Below are positions 58,700 to 64,000 of a DNA stretch of 64,000 nt, piece after piece; position 1 is the stretch's first letter, and each line of letters starts with the position of its first letter. Below the pieces are notes generated by a model. The model saw only the letters and a program-made list of their open reading frames with translations, ran no database searches and was not told the origin of the DNA. The translations under genes and the position numbers were made by a program. The stretch is from Eledone cirrhosa (taxonomy: Eukaryota), in contig OZ024746.1 of NCBI GenBank assembly GCA_964016885.1, forward strand, positions 42,780,001 to 42,844,000. Reading direction: 5' to 3'.

Positions 58700-61255
58700 G
58701 CAGCTGAAAATGCAGAGTTGGTATTTACAATAACCAAGCACCAAGATGTACATATAAGTGGTAGCAGTTATTTTGATGCAAGTATAAAGTATTCTGACTT
58801 GTTCAGCTTATTGGGATACAAACTAGATTCCATAGCAAATTTAGGACTGGTTGAAGGACATAGATATTTGGGCTCATTACACAGGTCTGCCAAAAAATGA
58901 AGCAATGTCCTGCAGCAATGTATGTATGTATCAATGACATAACATCTGCAAACATTGGTCAAGACACTAGTCTCAAACTTATAACAGACAACCTTAATAA
59001 CATTTACTTTTATGAGGAGAATACAAGAGTGTATATGACTTTTAGGGTAATATAATCTTCAGGCACCAATATCAATAATTTTCTTGTTTGTTATAAATTT
59101 TTCTATCAAGAGTTATTGAAATTCAAAAGTGTTTAACTTGAAGGAACCACATAACTTGTAGTAATCTGAAACCCAATGAAGACATAAATGATATCATGAA
59201 GAAGGTATTTGCAGATATTTTGTTGTGGGTGTAGTATTAACTGTGAAATCTAAATCAGAGAGTGTAAACATTAACTATGTGATGTCTGGAATAGGAAGAT
59301 TAGGTAACTGATGTTAGAAATAAAATCATCGATCTTATGGTGGCAAATAAATCACATTTTTCCAGAGACTGTCATACAAATGACATTGATTCAGTACAGG
59401 AATCTGGTCAAATATACATGATTCTATTCAATGCTGAAGCCGCTTGAAAAAATTGTTATAGGGAACATTGTTTAAAATGGAAGGCACTCTAATTAATGGT
59501 TCTGATATTGTGAAAGAAATACTTGCAGTGTTGAACTCAACATATACACATACACTTGGTAAAAGTAATTCTATGTGCACTAAGTTATAGCAATAAAGAT
59601 TTGCTCAAGATTAGTAGAGTTGACAGGAGTTTCTGCTTTGGTAGTGTAGTAGCAGTAAAATCTCACAAACTGGTCAAGTTTCCTGTTATTTCAGGAAGTG
59701 TCAGAATTTATATTGGAACAGACATTGTGAAAAATGATTAACTTCTGACCCAAGTCATGGATCAATAAAAACTGTGAGTATACAGCTACAGTCAAAAGGA
59801 AATATAATCATTGGCTGAATATAATACTGGAAAGAGGGAAAGAAGATCATTTCTGTATTAACTGAAATCATCTGATCAATGGTGAGAAGTAACTCAAAAA
59901 ATTGTTGAAGTAGCTGAGCCAGAAAATGTCATTTTACTTACTGCTTAACAGGAACAAGTAAAAGAAGAAACTGAGGCTAAGCATAACAAATTACAAAATC
60001 TGAAGTGGTTATTGAAAAACACAAAAATAAGAGGTAATGATGGCCAATCTTGTAGTAAGCATGTGGTTATCAGGATCTATAATAAGACTTCTGAACATGC
60101 AGTCATTAATCCATGTTTAGTGCTGTTAAGCAACACTAGTTATAAATTGGCCTGTGAAACCTCCTGATTTCTCCCTAGTATTTTTACAAGGTATTACACA
60201 AGAGAGGGGGGGGGGGGGGTTCTGAAAGCTATTTTCTGGCATATGTGTAAAATTGCAGATGTGGAAGCTAAGGAGATGTACCTGTGAATTGGCTGAATGA
60301 TGCACCTTGGTCATGCTCCAAGAAGGCCACTCAAACAGAGAGTGAGCTGAAAGTAGTGAGCATTTCAGATAACACTCTATTTCTCTGGCATAATGCAGCT
60401 AAGAACTTTATTGGTATTCTGGCAGTGCATATGGATGATCTTGTATTTGTGGAAATGAATTATTTGAAAATTGTGTGATTGCAGTATTCAAAAAGAAATT
60501 TAAAATAGGAACTCAGTATTTCTTTTTTAAATTAGGTGTTATTGATCCTAAGATGTAGGTATTGCAGAACAAGATTTACATACCATCTATATCTCAAATA
60601 AAAACAAAGGAAAGTCACTGAAGTAAAATGATGAATTAAGTAGAGATAAAAATGTTAAAACGATTTGCAGGTCAGATTGTCTGATTATCTCTATAGACTT
60701 GTCCAAGTGTATTATTTGATGTCTCTAAGTGAAGATCTTCTTAGAAGTCAATAAAGAATTATTAAAGCTTAATTCCAAGAAATGTTCCATATTAATTCGA
60801 ACATTGGGAAAACTTTCTGATCTGAACATTATCTGCTATTCTCATTCCATTTATTCCAGCCTGAAAGATGGCCCTTCACAGGATGGTTTTTACCATTGTT
60901 GGTGGAGATAATATAATCAAGATCATACCAATGTTATTATTATAAATAAAATGAATTGCATAACAAAGAATCCATTGGGTTCAGAGTATTCTGCATACAG
61001 CGAAGCAGGTGTTTTAGGAGCGTCTATGACACTGGAGATGTTCCAGCTACTCACATTACCAGATGTGCACTGTAAAACTAACATCTCATCATTTGTAAAA
61101 CACCTAAATTCATTTAATATTAATGAGGCAAGAATAAAGGAAATGATCATCAAGGAAGTTCAGATAGAATGAATCACAGGGCATGAGAAAATTTCAGACG
61201 GTTTACCAATGTCTGGAGCCTCCTCTAAGATTTTGAGAGTAATATTACATTAGTT
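58700..61255 (+). mobile_element. Highly decayed Ty1/copia LTR retrotransposon internal region
   Basis: Ordered relics: Zn-knuckle end HFSRDC (about 59355), protease-region RSFCFG..IGTDIV (about 59625-59730), RT AVHMDDLVF (about 60422), RNase H ICYSHSIYSSLKDGPSQDG (about 60830-60890) and IKEMI..E*ITGHEKISDGL..SGASS (about 61135-61230). LTRs were not identified and the 5' boundary is approximate. Confidence 0.7.
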
Positions 61256-62519
61256 GTTATCGTTAGTATTTATTCTGCATATAGATTTAAACTATAGTTT
61301 CAAGTATAATGTGTTGGTATTTCCCTTTCTATGCCTTGTACTTAGAAATCTTTTTAAACTGTTACACGATGCATTGCTAGGACTGAAGTTTAGAACTGAA
61401 AACCTCCAAAGGGGACAGTGGTAATGTTGATGTGTAATTTAACATTTTTTCTTTATGCATAGAAGTTTAAGATAGTTACTGGAAACACAGTATTAGCATT
61501 TACTATGTCTAAGCACAGAGCAGTTCATATGAGAGAAAGCTTCACAGATTTGAACTTCATTGCTAATGATTATTTAAATGTTGTAAAACCATTTTAAACA
61601 AAACAACACCACTGCTCAAATGTAGTGAGATCACAAATTTCTATGCTACACTAATTATGACTTTTCCTTTTAAAAACACTATGAGGTATATGTTCATAGA
61701 TTTTCATTAAGCTAACATGACATGGATTGTTATCAACCTAATGTGACATATATGGTGTGACTCATATTTAAAATAATCAAATGTTATTATAAATACTTTA
61801 CCAAATCTGCAATAATTTCATAATATTGCTAGTGAATATAAATGAAGATCTATTGTAACATTAAAAAGCTATTAAAATAAATGTTTACATTCAAATTACA
61901 AACTCTGTAAAATCCAGAGACTAGAATAAAATTAAAAAAATATTTCAATCATAGTAGTTATCCAACTATTTGAGATTTACATGTTAAAGCATACAAAGGT
62001 ATTAACAGGTCAAGTTAATAGGATGTTGACATACTGGCAAAAGAGTTATCTTTTGGTGTGTCTAAGATCAAAACATATTCAATGGCTCAGTTTAGCTCTC
62101 TCTAAAAATTGTACAGTTCAATTTCATAAAATATAGCAGCACAGTATAATTGGCAAAATTGAATATAAATTCTCCTATGTGTGAGTATTGAGATGTTAAA
62201 GTGCTCCACAAGGTTGATGTATTCTAGATATGCAATATGATGACAACAATCTTATGTGGATTTCTCATGACTTGATGGGTGATGGCAAGCAGAAGTACTG
62301 TTCATATCCTCTTACCTATGTGACAACAGCAAAAGTACTTAGTGAATATTATGCCTCCATATCTAGCATTCATTAACAAGGAAATGGCCTGTAACAAGGT
62401 TTCTCATGATGGTAGTCAACATCACTTGGTATGGACAAAGACACTGCTGATCATGACTGTTGGTGAGTACTTACTACTCGATGCACTGAATGGCACAGAA
62501 GAACATAAGAACTAAGAAT

Positions 62520-62715
62520 CTAGTGGTGACTTAGGAAATTAGGTGTAATCCTACTAGCCATGAACAAAGGTAAGTGTTAGTAGTGAGTACAGTAAGGAAT
62601 TAAGTGTGCAGTTAGTGGTCTCCCATAGCACAGTCCTCTGCTCCTATTTATCATAGTTCTTCAGACAGTAGCAGAGGAGTTTAAGACTGTGTGTCTATAA
62701 AAAGTCCTACATGCT
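62520..62715 (+). mobile_element. Very old RTE RT fragment
   Basis: gtggtgacttaggaaattaggtgt..gccatg..gagtacagtaaggaattaagtgtgcagtt..gcagaggagtttaagactgtgtgtc is colinear with 9820-10030. Confidence 0.55.
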
Positions 62716-63534
62716 CACCAAATCTCCTATTCACTCCACCAAACAGTCTGCATAACAAGGCAGGACATTAGAATCAGCTGCATTCAAATCCATCTCCAAG
62801 AGAACTAGAATGATTACTTTCTACATTTCTCTCTTATCATGACACCTCCCCCAGGCCACTTTGATTTATTAACATCCATCATCATCTTTCATTACCACCC
62901 ATGTTTCTCAATAGCCATTATTTAATCTCTTTCTCTCTCTCTCACTAGCAGACATTTGTCATTGCTGTCTTTCCTGTACTTCTCAACTACATTCTGTTTC
63001 TCTCATCATATTTTAGCTCTCTTCTTCCTTGACACCCTTTGATATTATTGACACTTGCCCATTACTCTCTCTGGCATTGTCTTTTCCCCATTATTTCCCC
63101 CTTCTATACTCTCCCACACTAACACCATTATCTCTTTCACCATACTATCACTCCCTACATTCATTCTTGAATGAATGGAGACCTTGTTAATAGTGAATAC
63201 TTTTTAGTCTTGTTTGGTGCAAGACAAACATACTAGTGCTGTTGCCATGATGAAATGCACTCAGTTTATTCTTTAATGTGGTTCAGCAATGAGCAGAAAT
63301 AATGTAGGGTTGAGAAAACCCACTAATCCTGTCAAGGATTTAACTTTGTTAAAACATCACAAAACCTAAGAGATTGAAAAAGTTGCAAAATAATTCATAT
63401 TGGCTTTTAATCTTTACACACATGTACACAGATGCACAGACACATAGGTATATATAAAATTATATATATATATATATACACATGTATATGTATGTGTGTG
63501 TGTGCAGAGGCAAACAGTATATGGATACACACTC

Positions 63535-64000
63535 CACATAATGGTGCCACCCAGTTTCACACTGTAAATGGGGTTGGTGTTAGGAAGGGCATCCAGCAGC
63601 TGTAAAAACCCAACCAACACACAGCCCTGATATGTGCAAAGTACAGCATGGCCACCTGACCAGAATTTTCTCATAACAGAACCACCCAGTTTCACACTGT
63701 AAATATGGACAATGTTAGGAAGGGCATTCAGCTGTAAAAACACAGCCCAAACATGACCCCACTATAATCAAGGCGTGGTGGAGTCAACTGCCTAGACCTC
63801 CCTCATAATGGGACCACCCAGATCCCAAAATACAGTAACAGTCAAAATATGACCAGACTTGGCTCATAACAGGACCATCCCGTAATGCAGTTCCACTACA
63901 AGTAAGGTCTGGCATGGCCAACTGGCCGGACAGCTTTAATAATGGGACCACCCAGCTCCCAAATAATGGTTCAGATGTGAGCAGGGTATGGCATGGCCAA
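63535..64000 (+). mobile_element. RTE-tail-related tandem units (runs off the window)
   Basis: Two cacactgtaaat..tgttaggaagggcat cores and five cataaYRggaccacccag-like motifs. Confidence 0.7.

Overview
This is an AT-rich, repeat-dominated metazoan window, inferred to be an octopus/cephalopod intronic or intergenic region from its SINE families and (TA)n load. I could not support any intact host protein-coding gene; the long [12 protein letters not shown] ORFs are artefacts of translating about 14 kb of interrupted (TA)n microsatellite. The real content is a layered retroelement landscape: (i) a young, 5'-truncated RTE-clade LINE (9543-11415) whose reverse transcriptase carries an inserted C4HC3 PHD-type zinc finger and whose retained ORF is broken only by one 22-bp duplication; (ii) many older copies and 3'-UTR fragments of that LINE, plus tRNA-derived SINEs that share its 3' end (hairpin subrepeats, terminal stem-loop, (GAT)n tail) and sit repeatedly inside TA arrays; (iii) a second tRNA-SINE family with a Meta/MESC-like core, a V-SINE, and Rex3/Expander-like, CRE-like and Ty1/copia relics; (iv) several MITE/foldback elements; (v) degenerate minimal hammerhead-ribozyme motifs of Penelope type; and (vi) a roughly 7-kb TE-poor, CpG-retaining island (about 32.5-39.2 kb) with promoter-like motifs. 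The best candidate system is a TA-microsatellite-associated RTE LINE/SINE partnership with a PHD-finger RT and structured 3' repeats. All family assignments are from motif recognition, not database searches, and boundaries of decayed elements are approximate.
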